From Nemertoderma westbladi (lineage: Eukaryota; Animalia; Xenacoelomorpha): a stretch of 64,000 bases of DNA. Location of the stretch: positions 1 through 64,000 of the forward strand of contig JAUCBJ010001263.1 in NCBI GenBank assembly GCA_032718475.1, read 5' to 3'. This document shows positions 47,040 to 61,104 of this stretch, piece by piece. The notes beneath the pieces were generated by a model. The model was not told the origin of the DNA. It made no database searches and worked only from the letters and a program-made list of their open reading frames with translations. The position numbers and the translations under genes were made by a program. Within the stretch, counting starts at the first letter, position 1. Every line of letters starts with the position of its first letter.

Positions 47040-48330
47040 ATGGATGCTTTAAGGCAAATTGGCATTTCCTGGATCTGTTTATGAAATGACACAACTTGTC
47101 CCAGCATCTTGCTGGTAACATTAAAATTAGTCGATCATGTGTTACTGCTGATGCCATTAAGGAGTTCTTCAATATTTATGAAGATGCTGTTGCGAATATT
47201 CAACCATCTAATTTTTCTAACTGTTACGAAATGAACTTAACTAATAATCCTAGGGCCAAGGAAGTCATAGTGAAAAAAGGAACTAAGAGGGTGGAGAATG
47301 TGAATGAACATTCAAAGGCAGCCACATCAATGATGTTCTGCGGTTCAGCAGTTGGAAATATTCTACCATCTATGGTGGTGTACAAAGCATTAAACTTGTA
47401 TGAATGGTGGTGCTCGGGTGGTTCAGCTGGAACCATATATGATGTCTCAAAGAGCGGATAGTTTGAGCAGAGGACATTCGCAAGATGGTTTCTTGAAATA
47501 TTTATTGGACACACTAAACAACTTGTTGGACCTAAGGTTCTAATTATGGATAACCTGTTGTGTAATTTTTCTCTAGATTTTGAAATGGCTGCAATTGAGA
47601 ATAACATTAAGAAGATACCAATTGTGCCAGACTGCATACACTAATGCAGCCACTGGCTGTAGCTTTTTTTCGCCCATTGAATGTACACTGACGGGCTGTC
47701 TTGATGAAGTGGATAATGGAATGTCGTTCAAAGGGAACAGTACCTAAGCTGCAATTCCCTGGGCTATTGAAGAGGCTCATAAACGCCATAGAGGTTAATG
47801 GTAGAAATAACCTTATTGGTGTATTTAAGGCAACTGGATTATCACCTATTGATCGATCACAAGTTTTGAAACGCATCCCTGACAAAACCAGACCAGAATA
47901 GGCAGCTAAGTGGACATACTCAATGAGACAGTGATCGACCTACTTAGAAAGAATCGTGGACAGGGTGAGGGTCAGGTGTGAAAACGTCAGGGAAGAAAGG
48001 TCATACCCAGAAAAGCTGTACAAATCAGTGATTTACTGCAGTCTAGTCCTGAACCTGAACATGAACAAGCTGGTAAGAATAAGAGGAAGAGGGCACAATG
48101 TAGGACACAGCCAGCAAAGGTGAGGGAAAGAGTACCAGTGAAGAAGACTCAAATGATGATGAATTTTATGATGAGATGGCTGATGAAGCAGTTGATGGAA
48201 CTGTTGAGGCCAGTAGTGGGAGCGATGAGGACACCAATGGGGCCATTGGTAGTGATGTGATGACTGGACTGATGAGGGCATTGATAGTGATAACTGGGCT
48301 TATGGAGGACATTGAGGACAGTGACTATTG
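47040..48330 (+). mobile_element. decayed pogo/Tigger-like DDE_1 transposase
   Basis: NC.E.NL.NNP..K.VIVKKGTKRVE..SK..TSMMFCGSA.G.ILP.MVVYKA.NLY..W..GG..GT.Y..SKSG, KVLIMDNL, LMQPL; many stops/frameshifts. Confidence 0.85.
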
Positions 48331-49355
48331 ATTTCTTTTTTTAATATGCAAATAACTTAATTACTTAATTGTATTGGTAAATTCCGTAATTGTTAATTTG
48401 TACACTATCTGTATGGTAATTGAGGGGTGTAAACCCCTCAATTATTTTTTAAAACACAAATATGTTCAATGTAACCCCTGGGTTTGTTTAATATTGAACA
48501 TACATTCAATACTATTACTGTTCAAAATAACCCCAAAAGATGGGGACAAAAGGCCAATGTTATCACCCTTTGGCTTTTGTTTCACGCAAGTATCATTGTT
48601 CATCTAGAAGCAGGTAAGGAAACAAGGGTAACCCTTGGCTATGCTATACAAATGTACTTGTAGGAATTGTGAAATGGGTTGAGAAAATAAATAAAATAAA
48701 TTTGTTGAGAAAATGCTTGGTTAACTTGGAATATATTAATTTGCCAACGCCAAGCTAATCCCATATCAAACCATCAGGGCATGAATAAATAGAGGAAATT
48801 AAAACCTATATTTAAAACAAATACAACACTTACACAGTGGCTGGCCCAGTACAACTAGTTCAACTTCCCTGATTTTTGTTAGCTAATGCATCCCCCCCCC
48901 CTTCCCTGTTCCATAGGCCCGCGTCTGGCCTAGATGATCTCTCCTCCATAGCACAGGGATTCTCACCTTCTTCAAAGGCTGAAAAGTACAGCATCACCGT
49001 CTGACGGTAGGCGCTGACTGACTAGGTTTTAAAAGTCTGTCAGGGTTGAAATTGCAGAATATTAATACTGAATGAATAACTGAATGAATTACAAATTAAT
49101 ATTGTATACCAAAAGAATAGGCACAATGCAGCACCGGTACATATTCCAGTATAGTTTCTCAGTACAAATTCAGTGATTCTTAACAAGAAGCAGAATACAG
49201 AATTCCGAATTAAATAGTAGGGCCTATATAGAGTATATCAGGTAAGAATTAACAAGAACTGACGAGACCTGTGAAATGTAGCAAATGGCACTTTTTTCAA
49301 TATAATTTTGTTGGGTTGTTTAAATAACACTTTCCTAATGTTATTTGTAGGTAGG

Positions 49356-49553
49356 GTACGAACTAAAATACTGAACCAGCTGAAACCACCTGAAACCAAC
49401 AGTAAACCATCTGAAACCTTCAGTTCCCCTAGAAACTAATATTATTGCTTTTCATAGATTTACTGCTGGTTTCAGGTGGTTTACTGCTGGTTTCATGTGG
49501 TTTCAGCTGTTTTCAGGGGGTTTCAGCTTGTTCAGTATTTTAGTTCGTACCTT
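49356..49553. mobile_element. ~200-bp MITE-like inverted repeat
   Basis: ggtacgaactaaaatactgaac..gctgaaacc / ggtttcagc..gttcagtattttagttcgtacc. Confidence 0.75.
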
Positions 49554-50204
49554 TTAGGTATTGTTGCACACATTATAGGTATATTATTTATATAGTAGAT
49601 TTTACATTTCTTAGACAATATGACCCATAATTTATTACAAAATATCAAACTTTTTCTTGGTGTGTACCTAAAGATAACTAAGCTAATAATCGAATACCTT
49701 TCGCTAAGAATAATTACAATGGCGTGTACTCTCACCAACATCTACTGTAGTACTCACAACTCTTTTTTCGAATCGGAGGAGATGTGTATCCAGAGATTCA
49801 ATTGTATACTGCAACTTTTCATCCATTTACCAGAGCTTCGACTTAGATAATTTTGCGAGTCAGTCGCATTCAAGGATGACAAATTGGATTCACACATTCA
49901 TGGATGCCATACAATACAACAATACAAAGTATTACAGTAGTCAGGTGGCTTAGGGTTAAAAAATATCCATATCATGACAAAGGTGAGGAAAGCATCATTT
50001 TTTCACTATATATGTAGAATTTTACGTAGAATCCATTTCAAAGGGTATCCAAAGCTGTAGTTGAGTGGATGACATTGATGTCGATGGATTGAAAGAGTGA
50101 GAAAATGTAAATTAACGATTATAATATGTTTTTTTTGTATTTGATTTTTTTGTTTATTCCCAGAAAACATAAATGACACTGCGTATTATTATAAGCTTAT
50201 TATA

Positions 50205-53200
50205 GGGGAAAGTGGGGGAAGTAGAAACACTTTTGGGTTTTAAAAAAAATGAAAATATCCCTACACAGAATTTAACAATAGGTACATCAAAATTGTTTTG
50301 TTTCACATTATTTTAAACCTTTTAGCTCTCAATTAAACCACTAAGTTCGCCTAACCCTCACTATCCAATAGTGTTGGGCAGGCGAGCTTTTTTTAAAGTT
50401 CGACATGTTTCTACTTACCCCATTTTGGGGTAAATAGAAACAGGTTAAGGACGGTTATATAAATACATATAAACAGAATCTAGGCTAAGTAGAATGTTTC
50501 CAGCAACCCCATAGATAGAAACTACATAAAATTTCACACTGAAACTGTTATAACATTATTTTATAGTTGTTCAATGTAAACCCTGTAAGCAACGACCAAA
50601 TGTAGTAGTAAATAAAAATACGCGACTATTTATTCAAATCTACTAAATATTCAAATTCTACATATTGTTATTGTTTAAGTAGGGCCTTTCAAGTAGGTTT
50701 AAGTAATTCACCTAGAAGCTTATAAGTCTATCATCTGTGCAGTTTATAGTAGTTTATGATTCAGGAAAATGTCCAGCAGCTACGTATTTTAACATTCCGG
50801 GTACACAGTATACACCTCTATTGTTGCAGGGGGAAACATGGATTATCTTTTGTTTAACTTTGTCTCTTGCATAATAGCATAGATCAGTTTTTTCGGGCCA
50901 CTTCCAGTTGACCCAGCTGCCAGCTGGGATCATAGTCGAAACTTGGATATCTAAACCAACCGACACCACTTTGCCTGGGAAATACGAACCTTCATATTCT
51001 ACAATGACATCATCTATATTGAAGTCATCCGCAGTTGCGGCATCAGTTGCATTATCACTTGCATTATCACTATTCTCTTCTTCTCTCAAGTCGATAGCTG
51101 CATCAGTTTGTTCATCAGAACTGCTAGATGATAGAATTTGGTGAATTACTCGTTTTTTCTTCTGAGCTAAAGTTGATGGTGGTGGGGGGCCTCCATACTT
51201 TGGTTTCCTTTTCCGTGGTGCAAAAGGCCTTGCCTTTTGCATTTCTTCGTCTGAGCTTGTATCTGAGGATGAGAACGATCTTTGTAAATTCGAGATTGGT
51301 TTGAATTTAGCTTTTGTGTTTGTTTTCACCATAGCCTTCACTTTCGATTTGGGTTTTGATTTTTTTGATAATTCTTTAAGTCTAATTCTTTCCATAGCAG
51401 CAGCGGTAGTAAGAACTTCACCTTCACGCTGGTCCGGTATTAGTTTCCGTGTGACTCTTGGTTTCACCATTGGTGCAGTTGCTGTCTTACTCAGTTTCTC
51501 ACGTATGAAGTCTTCAAAATTCGATTGGTTGGATTGTTGGATTTCAGGAGCTGGAGATACATCTGGATTTGATGTTGATGGGTGATACAGTTCTGCTTCA
51601 TTCTGGATCGGGTTGGGATTCGATTCAGAGGATTTTATTTCATTATAGCGTCTCAATTTGATACAATCAAATTCATTCTGTGGAAATTTTGATGCATCTA
51701 GAGGAAACAAGCCGCAGTGCTTGAAACCAGACCGAATATTCTCTGCAGAAAAACTTGAATGCTATACTTGACCAATGTGTTGGGAGAAATCGGATTTGGT
51801 CATTTTCTCTCCTGGGTTCAGATTGTTCCATTCGCGTAGTTTCTTATTGTGGTCTGCTTTAATAGGAGCAAAGCAGGTCTTGTCCATAGGCTGTAGAAAA
51901 TGAGTAAGGTTCGGTGGAAGTTTAATGAAAATAATACTGTTATCCATGCAAAACTTGACAATGTCATAAGTGATATGTGTTGAACTCCCATCGATAAACA
52001 GAACTGCTTTCAATGTGCGGTCTATAGGTAGCTGACTAAGGAAACCAATCTTCAGCCAATTTATGAAGATACTCCCCTTCATCCAACCCTTTACAGCTGC
52101 TGCGTATGTTGTCCCAGGGTAATCTTCATCTGAGAAACTATTTGTCCACAACTTCTTTGTCTTGGACAATATTAGAGGAGGAAATCGTTTTCCTGTTGCA
52201 AACCCAGGACCGTAAATTGTTCCTTTCCTGTCCCTGCTATCATACTTGACACACGTTTCTGTCCTTTCATAACAATTATTTTTTTAGATCTTGGATCTAA
52301 GTTAAACCCAGATTCGTCTACATTAGCTATCAATTCGGGATGACCTAATAAACCCTCATCGCTATAAACTTTGAGAACATCTTCATAAAACTTGTTCACA
52401 ATAAATGGATCTGCAGCTTTAAGCCGAGACTTTGATAGCTGTTCCCCTTTACGACATGACAACCGAGGGTGTCTTTCCATGAAGCCCTTAAGGAAATCCA
52501 CACCTGGCTTCTTTCCCTTAAAGGGGTTCACTCCAACACAATCACTACGAGTAAAGTCCCAGACAATGTTTAGAATTTCTTCTTGAGTTAAACCCATTCC
52601 GGCTTTCCCAAAAGCAATAAGGCAAGATTCCAATGCATTTTCATTTGCTGTTCCTAAATAAGGCAAGCGTCCCTGCAATACACGAGCTGGATCCGAATAA
52701 TTTAACTTTTTTTTGCCTACAGTTCCAGAAGGAATATTAAATGTTTCTGCAGCTTCACGAACTGTATATTGCCCACTATTAATGGAAGCTATTGCTCTTT
52801 GAAGTGTTTCATTTGAATATGATCCACGTGTAGTTTTTCTTGGACGTTTTCGAGGCATGATTATTGCCAGATGACGAATAAAAGGACAATTTTGTTAATA
52901 TAAAATCATGTAAATGAGATTAGAACTGAACAGATTACAAAATTTCCTTTTAAATAAGCCAGTTAATACAACAATGGGATCATAAAAACTATCATAATTG
53001 CATACATGAAATCTTACAAAGATAATCAAAAAATTGATTTTTTATTCAAAGATTGAACAAGTTGAAATTTGACCATTTAGTTCTCAATAAAGCTATAAGA
53101 AATCTATATAAAATTTGATCCCCATTTAATTCTATGTTAGGAATTCGGAATTTTTAGTTTGTATCTATAATTGTGAGCGCACAGCTTCAGTTGTTTCCAC

Positions 53201-53233
53201 TTGCCCCATTATTCTACTTCCCCCACTTTCCCC
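50205..53233 (-). mobile_element. pogo-like (HTH + DDE_1) DNA transposon, complete ends, disrupted transposase
   Basis: TIR ggggaaagtgggggaagtagaa / ttctacttcccccactttcccc with TA flanks; ORFs 52172..52858, 51762..52169, 50754..51710. Confidence 0.9.
50754..52858 (-). pseudogene. pogo-like transposase split into three ORFs
   Basis: N-terminal psq/CENP-B-like HTH (VREAAETFNIP), NVDESG, FIDGSSTH, LPPNLTHFLQPMD; frameshift near 52170 and in-frame stop at 51762. Confidence 0.88.
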
Positions 53234-55699
53234 TACTAGTTATGTTGAAACGTTTAGAAAGGTTTGTTTTGCAGATAAGATGAACTTGATGATGTTTCGG
53301 ACTTTTTTTATGTCTCCGCCTATTTTACAGCTCAGCTATAATAATTGTAATAGTTAAAGGGTTTACATGTATTACACTCGATTTACCATCCGTGGGTTCC
53401 ACTATAAATATTGTAAGAACTCTTCTTATCATTCGCCGAATGAAGACAATATGCCATCTGCTCGATTGTCCCGAGAATAAAAAATCCCTTAGCTATTGGG
53501 CTCGGGGTTGAATGGAAAACAAACATATTTTTATTACTTTTACTATTAGTTTTATTTTTAAATATTAAATTATTAAAGTGCTAACTCCTGTTGTAATAAT
53601 ATCCCGAATATTTTATTGTACATAATTTAAACACCTTTTTGGTGAATTAAATATATATATAGATGTTTAAATTACAAGTTTGAAACTCATTCTGTCTTAT
53701 ATACCATTTAATTTCTTACTAATTATAAGTATAATAAATTATTCCTATTACAAAATTGCACTAATCAGGTGCTACAAGAAGCCAATGCTACAATAACTAT
53801 GGGTTTTCTGTTAGCCCAAGTATTCTTCCATCGCCCTTTAATAGTTTGTTCTCCTGTTCATGTACTTGGTCCACTGGAAGTGCTGAAAATCGGCACAATA
53901 TTTTTGGTACAACCCAATCCCCATCAAGAAATTGCTGAGAGTGTTATGTGTGCGTGCGGTAGGGACTTCATGTCCCGAATATGAACACTTATCCACCTAC
54001 TGTAATTGTAATGATCCAAAGCGAAAAATAGATGTACTAAACTAAGGTCTGTATACATTCTAATTAGAGTAGAAAAATTCTTTCACGGTGAGATCTAACA
54101 GATATTAGAATGAGAGCTTCAATCCGCATAACATATCAAATAAATGGAATGTTGGTTTGATTAGTTTATTATTTCTCCAGCTATCTTGATCATATCTATT
54201 ATTTACAATACATTCGTCATATGCTTGCGATTGCAAAATTTCCCAAGCTTCTGTTTAGTGCTTTATTGTCTGGACTGTTTATTATCCGCCACATAAGGAG
54301 TCCAAACACTACACTTTACAGGGATCCGTAGTCGTAATATGGGTCTATATTTGGAGAGACTGTGAATAGAAAATGAAAATGAAAAATTTATAATTTTAAG
54401 TTCACTCAACCCATCGATATCAATGTCATTCACTCAACTACAGCTTTGGATACCCTTCGAAATGGATTCTACATAAAATTTTACATATATAGTAAAAAAA
54501 TGGTGCTTTCCTCACCTTTGTCGTGATTTTTCCCCTAAGCCACCTGACTATATAAGGTTAGCACTATGATAAAATAAAACTGTAGAATAAATGAAGAAAT
54601 GGTCCAACAGTCAACACTGCAGCTGCAACAGGATGGCAGTAGGCCTATAGGTTATGTAGTACTTTTACTGCAGCTGCAGTATTGTAGGTCTACTGCAGGT
54701 GCAGGCCCTGAAACACATTAGTCCTGCATGCTGCAGTAATGACCGCTGTAATGACATTTAGCTATCGTTTAAAAAAAAACAGATTTTCTTCAGAAATTAT
54801 TTGTTATGTGTAATAAATTGTTTTTTTTAATAATATCTAACTTGCAAAATCACTAGCTAGCCTGAAAATTAGTAGCTATTAATGTTTATAATTAAACAAT
54901 TTATTACACATAACAAATAATTTGGTTGACAATTTTTCAATCAAGATGATATCGATTTTTGTTATTGGTATGTATTCTAGAATATTAGTAGATATGTTTT
55001 TTTTATGGTAGCTAGTATATATTTTTACAGTTTTTTAGGAGATTTATACAGTAGCTTAGAACCTTCTTTTTATTATGTATTTTCGCACTCAATGTTCCTT
55101 GTTATGCTGTCACAAGAACGTTTGGCACTCAGACAACAAAACTCTATGTTCCTTGTTATGAGGATTATGTTAAGGCAGAGAGGGCTAGGGAGGAAGAGAA
55201 TGAATTTATTGAACAATTGAATAAATTTACTTGTTTCTACAACAACAGCAAAGCACAATATTTTGGTTTTAATTTTAAAGTTGTTCGTTATTCAAAAACC
55301 TCCCCACTGAAACCTATTCATTTAATAAAACTAGAAGATACAGTAGATGGGGCTTGGTTAACCATCTCAGACACTGCGGCTGCTTTACTACAACATTATA
55401 TAAATATTTGTCGTCCTTATCCAATCTCGCACATTGTCTTAGAGCCAGAGAACTATGTTTCTTTCGATAGTTCTACTTTTGGTTATATCACAAATATTAA
55501 TAATAAAAGAAACATCACAATCGCCACTGGAGTTGAGGTTGATTCAAACAAAGTTATTGTTTCCACGAGAGATGTATTCAAGGCATTTCTTTAACTGCTT
55601 CTTTCGACTCCCTGTATCAACATACTATAGTAAATAGGTTTTTCATTAAAATAGTACGGTAATTTGACTGGTGACAACGGCAGTCGCAATATTTTGCCT

Positions 55700-57513
55700 G
55701 CAGTGTTAATTAAATCTGTAGTCAAAATATCCTTATATCCTTATCCTATCCTTCTTGCTGTGCGTTTTGCTTTGCAGCTTCCAATGTAACTGACCCCCAT
55801 TTTATATGTGGCCTATGCCAATCAATATTTCACCTGCCGTGTGGCTCACACTTATGCACACACGATTTAACAAATCAAACTAGTCTAAATGAACTATGCA
55901 TTTTGGAAAACTGAAACTTTTCCTTTTTATAATATTAATAAGGATAATGAAGATATTTTTTCCCCAAATTTCACACCAACTGTACCACCTAACGAATTCA
56001 CCAATTAATTATAATATATCCTTAAAATATTACTAAATATTTTTAAACTGAGTTCAAGTAAGTGGTATGGATGGATGTCCAAATTATCTAACAATAATTT
56101 ATGCACAATTATTTATCTTTTTCTAAATTCTCGCTCTAAGCTGCTTTAGAGTAGTCAAAGCCTTTATATCTTTCTTGGCCTCGGATAAAATAACTTCCCA
56201 AAATTTAAATCCTCTATGATAATAAATTGAATATCTTGTTGCAAAATTTGACAATAGCCACATTTGGTACACTCTTAAAAATTTTATCTATTGTAGATGA
56301 ATCATCACAGAACGGGACAATGAGATCCTCTCTTAAATTTAAAGTCAGTGGGAAATCAAAAATATGTGATGGTCTGTCTGAACTGCGGAATAGGCACACT
56401 TCCAATCTTCCTTGAGAATACGCGACCACCTTCCTATCTCTTAGGGTAACCTATGTGAACTCAGCCTCATCCGGGTGAAATCTATTCTCTTATACTCTGG
56501 AATATTACAATCACTATAAACTTCATGAACACTCAATGATATGTTAATTAACAAGTAGTTCGTATATCTTGTAGATGTGGTCTCCCTTATCTTTTGTTTG
56601 AAACATTCAAGTCCTGAGAAGATTGGCCGCTTTTGAAGATCATCGATGTACTTTCCAGATGGCGATTTGCATTCCAATGTAAGGTTCAAAGGCAAACTGG
56701 TGATAACTGTTATTAAAATTTGATCTAGTACATAAATTTTAAATAAACTTGAGCTGGCGATGGCAATTAGTTGTTATTACATCTTCTACTCCGCACTCAA
56801 TATATGCTAGTAAGTTCAGTGTCGTGGATCTGACTCCCAAGAAGATTCTTTATATACTATATGACAATTGAAAAAACACAACCTAAGTTCTGGGACAGCC
56901 ATGATTCGCATCCGTAGAGTATCGAAGACTGTAAAGCTGCTTCCCATACGCGCTTCTTTATCTTGTATGGAGCATCATAATTCTTTGCCAGAAACGAGCA
57001 AAATTTTAGGTAATTTGGGGTCTTTGAAGCCACATCATCCTCGATTTGTTTTGAAACTGGCTGACCCGCCTCATCTTTCTCGCCGTAACCCATGGCAGCT
57101 AATATTGTTGATTTGGTAACAGTATCATTCAATAATACACTTTTCAAAAATGCTTTATAGGCATAATTTGAGGTATTACTTTCTATTCACACTCATTAAT
57201 CAAAACACTAATATTAGAGAAGAGCGTTGCGAGACTTAGCGGCGTTTGATGTATTGTGGCATTGTTTAGGTGCGCTGTTGTTACAACTCGATATACTAAT
57301 TCTAGAATTGTTTCTTGGGCTACAGTATAATGATCTTCCGACCTCCCAATTTAAAAATCAATTATCGAAGTACCCTCCCCAAGCGTTGTAATAGGGAAAA
57401 CATCATGTTCAAAACATTCTTCTATCGCAACCTGTGAATCAATACCGCTGAATAGATTAAGTTCCTTATTATTTTGCTGATTAACTAACTAAAAATATCG
57501 TGACAAATCCGTC
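55700..57513 (-). pseudogene. Polinton/Maverick major capsid protein remnant, interrupted by a LINE
   Basis: KELNLFSGIDSQVAIEE..DVFPITTL, LATLFSNISVLIN, NYAYKAFLKSVLL..TKSTIL.......DEAG; weaker continuation at 56214-56429; left boundary uncertain. Confidence 0.6.
56440..57045 (-). mobile_element. LINE ORF2 C-terminal fragment
   Basis: K..VWEAALQSSILYGCESWL and FTRMRLSSHRLP motifs. Confidence 0.75.
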
Positions 57514-57890
57514 GTTTCCTTTTTTACGTTGTCCGTTTATTGACTGCTTCTGTTCACTATTTAAAACTTCTTCCATAATTTTATTTGCTACTTCCCTAGA
57601 CTTCCCTAGAAAGCCCTAAAGCCTGATTTATTAATTTCTTGCCCGTTTTTTTAATTGAGGAACCCCCTTCTGGATTGCTTGTTTAAGAATTTTCCTCCCA
57701 GCTCTTTTGGCCAGTGGAACCCCTCGTCAAAGGGCAATATCAACCTTTTCTCTTTTTTGCTCTCTGGTTCATTGTACACCCTGGTCCTCCACTATATAGA
57801 CCACCTCGAGATGCGTGAGTCGAGTGAGAGCGCAAACTCAAATTACAACAAGATTTCATTTTCGCGAATGAGTTTTAAATAAATTTCCGA

Positions 57891-58697
57891 TTATTGATTT
57901 CTTAAAATTAACATTACAATCACCATGCCGCTATTAAATTTAATATTTTCATTTTGATCGTCTTTCAATTCTATGTTTATTAAGTCGATATTATGAAGAG
58001 CAATATGTTTATAATAAATTTTTGTAAATTCCTTTTTCCTGTGGGGACACTAATTCCCCACAGCTTCCCTCATAGGCAACACTTCTCAATAATGGTTTAA
58101 GTTGATTACCTACTATGCAAAATTGGCACATATATTAGAATAAACATTTATATTGCTCATAACAAAGTGGACCGGTTTACGAATAATTAGAGGCTCCATT
58201 AACTCTGTCACATCAACGCGAGTTATCTGTAGATAGTCTCTAGTTTTTATTTTATGTAAAATATTTTTATCAATGTAATATTCACTTTCTAAACTTTTTA
58301 AACCCAGCCACTCGATAAGTTTATTTCCATGGAACCTAATTTTTTGAGTATTCTTGAGCATCTGAATAGTAATATTATTATGTATTTTGCTATATTCTAC
58401 TGATAAAGAATCCTCGATTCGTGTTTTATGCTTTAGCTGACTAATCATAACCTCAATATCGCTATAACAACCACCAGGAAGCATAAATTCACGCTTAGTT
58501 CGATTACTATTCCACAGCGTAATTTTTATATTTTCCAGGTTATGAACTGAAGCAGAGTATATTAATTTGGATAATCCAATAAACCATTCTCCTTTTAACC
58601 GCAAGGGGGCAGCGAGCTCTACGTTGAAATTGGATGGCCTATTTAATGGAAAACGACCCGGAGAGCTGTTTGAAGGTAAATATATTATTTTATACAT
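57891..58697 (-). pseudogene. Polinton/Maverick minor capsid (penton) protein remnant
   Basis: YLPSNSS..FPLN..SNF.V.L..PLRLKGEWFIGLS.LIY; after stop at 58113 continues VGNQLKPLLRSV...YY......I..INIELKD.....IKFNSG.VIV.L. Confidence 0.82.
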
Positions 58698-58756
58698 TAT
58701 TATTATTACTTTTCACTCCATAAATGAAGGGTAATTACAGTTGTTCCACCGTTAAA

Positions 58757-59205
58757 TTATAATAATTCACCCTTTTCATTGCGTATTTCAATATGTATCT
58801 TACTGATATAAGTTTTCGATACTTTCTTATAATATATTGTATGTGTATGTACTTTACAGACTGGCAGCTTGCACATGGCACATTGCAACCTGGTTGACTT
58901 ATTGATTCTCCTGGGACATATAGTGCATCGGTGTGGACCAGGTGCGACTGGCGCTGTTGGTGTAGCCAGTTCTATTCCGAATAATGCGGCAGCTTGCCGG
59001 GACCGCTTTGGAAGCTGGGCTGTGGTAAGATGGTTTCGTATATTAGGTTCTCCCAATGAAAGGGCTAACTCCTTGATAAAGTCTCGTCTCGTATTTAATT
59101 TTGGTATAGATTTTGCTTTCTTAATTAAGAGAAATGAGTTTAGAGTTGCTATATCCACCAGATTCATGAACATCATCACTCCCCAACGATTGCATTTCCG
59201 TTTAC
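58757..59205 (-). mobile_element. piggyBac transposase C-terminal fragment
   Basis: RW.VMMFMNLVDIATLNSFLL, RRDFIKELALSL, Cys-rich CTIC...C..C..PVC..H. Confidence 0.85.
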
Positions 59206-59214
59206 AGGAAAAAA

Positions 59215-61104
59215 GGATTTTATCTCTGGAAATGGATTGTTTTCGGCTGGAACCCAGTTCAAGAAGCGAACTGGAAAGCTATGGACTCATAGTGGACCCA
59301 GTGGTCACAAGTCCCAGATAGACCATATTCTGTTTCGTAGGAAATACAGGAGCTCTATACAAGACTGTAATGCATTTACACTTCGACCCTTCTCCAGTGA
59401 TCACCGCCTTCTTGTGGCCAAGGTAAGACTTAGTCTGCGTGCTAGCAGAACAACGAAATCTGCCTTGCCGCGGCATGACTGGTCCTCTGTTGCAACAGCC
59501 AAGTGTGAGATCCAGCTTCACACTACAGCTGAGCAACAGGTATGAGGCTCTTGCCTCTGAGGCGGCAGATCACTGTGAGGGCTATACTGCCTTTACAGAA
59601 GCAGTTAAGTTAGCAGCTGCAGAAACAGTTCCTGTATACCCTCGAAACAGGAAAAGGGCCCCCTGGACTGACAACAAAATTCAGAAGTGCCGAAATGACC
59701 TTCATAAGGCGCAGAAAGAGTCCCGACTCAAACAGACTACAGCGGCCAAGAATGCAGTTAAGGCTGCATCTAGGTCCCTGAACAGGCAGTACTCTGCTAA
59801 TCTACAGAAGCTAATAAACCAACAGGTTGATGCCATCAATGATGCTGACGACAGCAGGCAATCATCCGAGGCATGGAAATCGATCAATCTGCTTACTGGG
59901 CGGAAAAGCCAACCAACCACCAAGGTTAAGGCTGAATCACCTGCCGATCGCCTCAATGGTTGGAAAGCCCACTTTGAAAAGCTCCTCAACAATGAAAGGG
60001 TATTGCCTGATAACTTTATAGAAGTTAAAGTGTCTGAGTCTGTACTCCCAGATATTCCCATTGGCGATATCTCCTTTGCAGAAGTGAAGGCTGCTGCAAA
60101 GAGCATTAAGACCAATCGTGCCAGTGGAGTAGATGGTGTTCCCCCTGAGGTCTTTAAAATACCTGAGTGTTTAAAGCTCATCTATCCCATCATAGTAGAC
60201 ATGTACCGAACAACAAGAGTCCCACAAGAAATGAAAACAAATAAGTTGGTGCCAGTTCCCAAGGGTAACCTAACACTCTATGGTTCTTTTCGGGGAATCT
60301 CATTGATCTCCATTGCTGCAAAGCTATACAATAGGATTCTATTAAATCGCATCAGGGATCCCATTGAGAGACTGCTCCGTGGAAATCAGAATGGGTTCCG
60401 TAAAGGTCGTGGGACCATGGAGCCCATTTTGGCACTTAGAAGGATAATTGAAGAGTTATCAAAAAAGAAAGACAATGGCTGTTATCTTTGTTGACTTTTT
60501 CAAGGCCTTTGATTCAGTCTCTCGCTCACGTATGTTCAGCATACTTTCATTATATGGGATTCCTGATGAAATTATTGCAGCAATCAGATCAGTATACGAT
60601 GGTTCGACAACATTTGTGTCTACTGTTGACGGTGACACAGAACCATTTGAAGTGTTATGGGGCGTCCTCCAAGGAGACACACTTGCACCATTTTTGTTCA
60701 TTATTGTGGTTGACTATGTTCTACACATGTCCTTAGATCATTATAATGATGATGGGGTGATGATAACTCCACCTACTGGCTCCAGAAGTCGAGGAAATCC
60801 TGCCAAGTACCTAACTGATCTAGACTTTGCTGATGACTTAGGAGTACTATCAGAATCATTAGAGGGAGCCCAACGGCTCCTCAGCTCATTAGAACATGCT
60901 GCTTCTAGTGTTGGTCTTTTTATTAACTCCAGAAAGACCAAAATTCTGACAGTTAACTTTGAAAGTCCTCAGCAAGTCTCTGATCGGATGAGCATAAGCT
61001 CAAAGGATGGTATGCTTGAGCATGTGGACGACTTCTGTTACCTGGGATCATGGATCCGGAAGTCAGGTGAGGACCTTCGAATACGTAAGGGAAAGGCATG
61101 GGCA
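59215..61104 (+). mobile_element. RTE-like LINE (end of AP endonuclease + RT), frameshifted, truncated at both ends
   Basis: SQIDHIL, SDHRLL, FRGISL, NQNGFRKGR, FVDFFKAFDSV, GVLQGDTLAPFLF, LDFADD, FCYLGS. Confidence 0.92.

Larger units (their letters stand above)
49938..54550 (-). mobile_element. Academ-type DNA transposon deletion derivative
   Basis: ~160-bp TIRs tagtcaggtggcttaggg... / ...ccctaagccacctgacta; minus-strand remnant 53780-54160 reads ..VRSHRE..LFFALDHYNYSRWISVHIRDMKSLP..WVV..FSALPVDQVHEQEN..KGDG..GLTENP. Confidence 0.75.

Noticed and set aside
48930-49050. Minus-strand SAYRQ (SUCLA2-like) or FNPDRLL/FxxGxxxC (P450-like) motifs
   Set aside because: Motifs are short, in different frames, and flanking residues do not match either family
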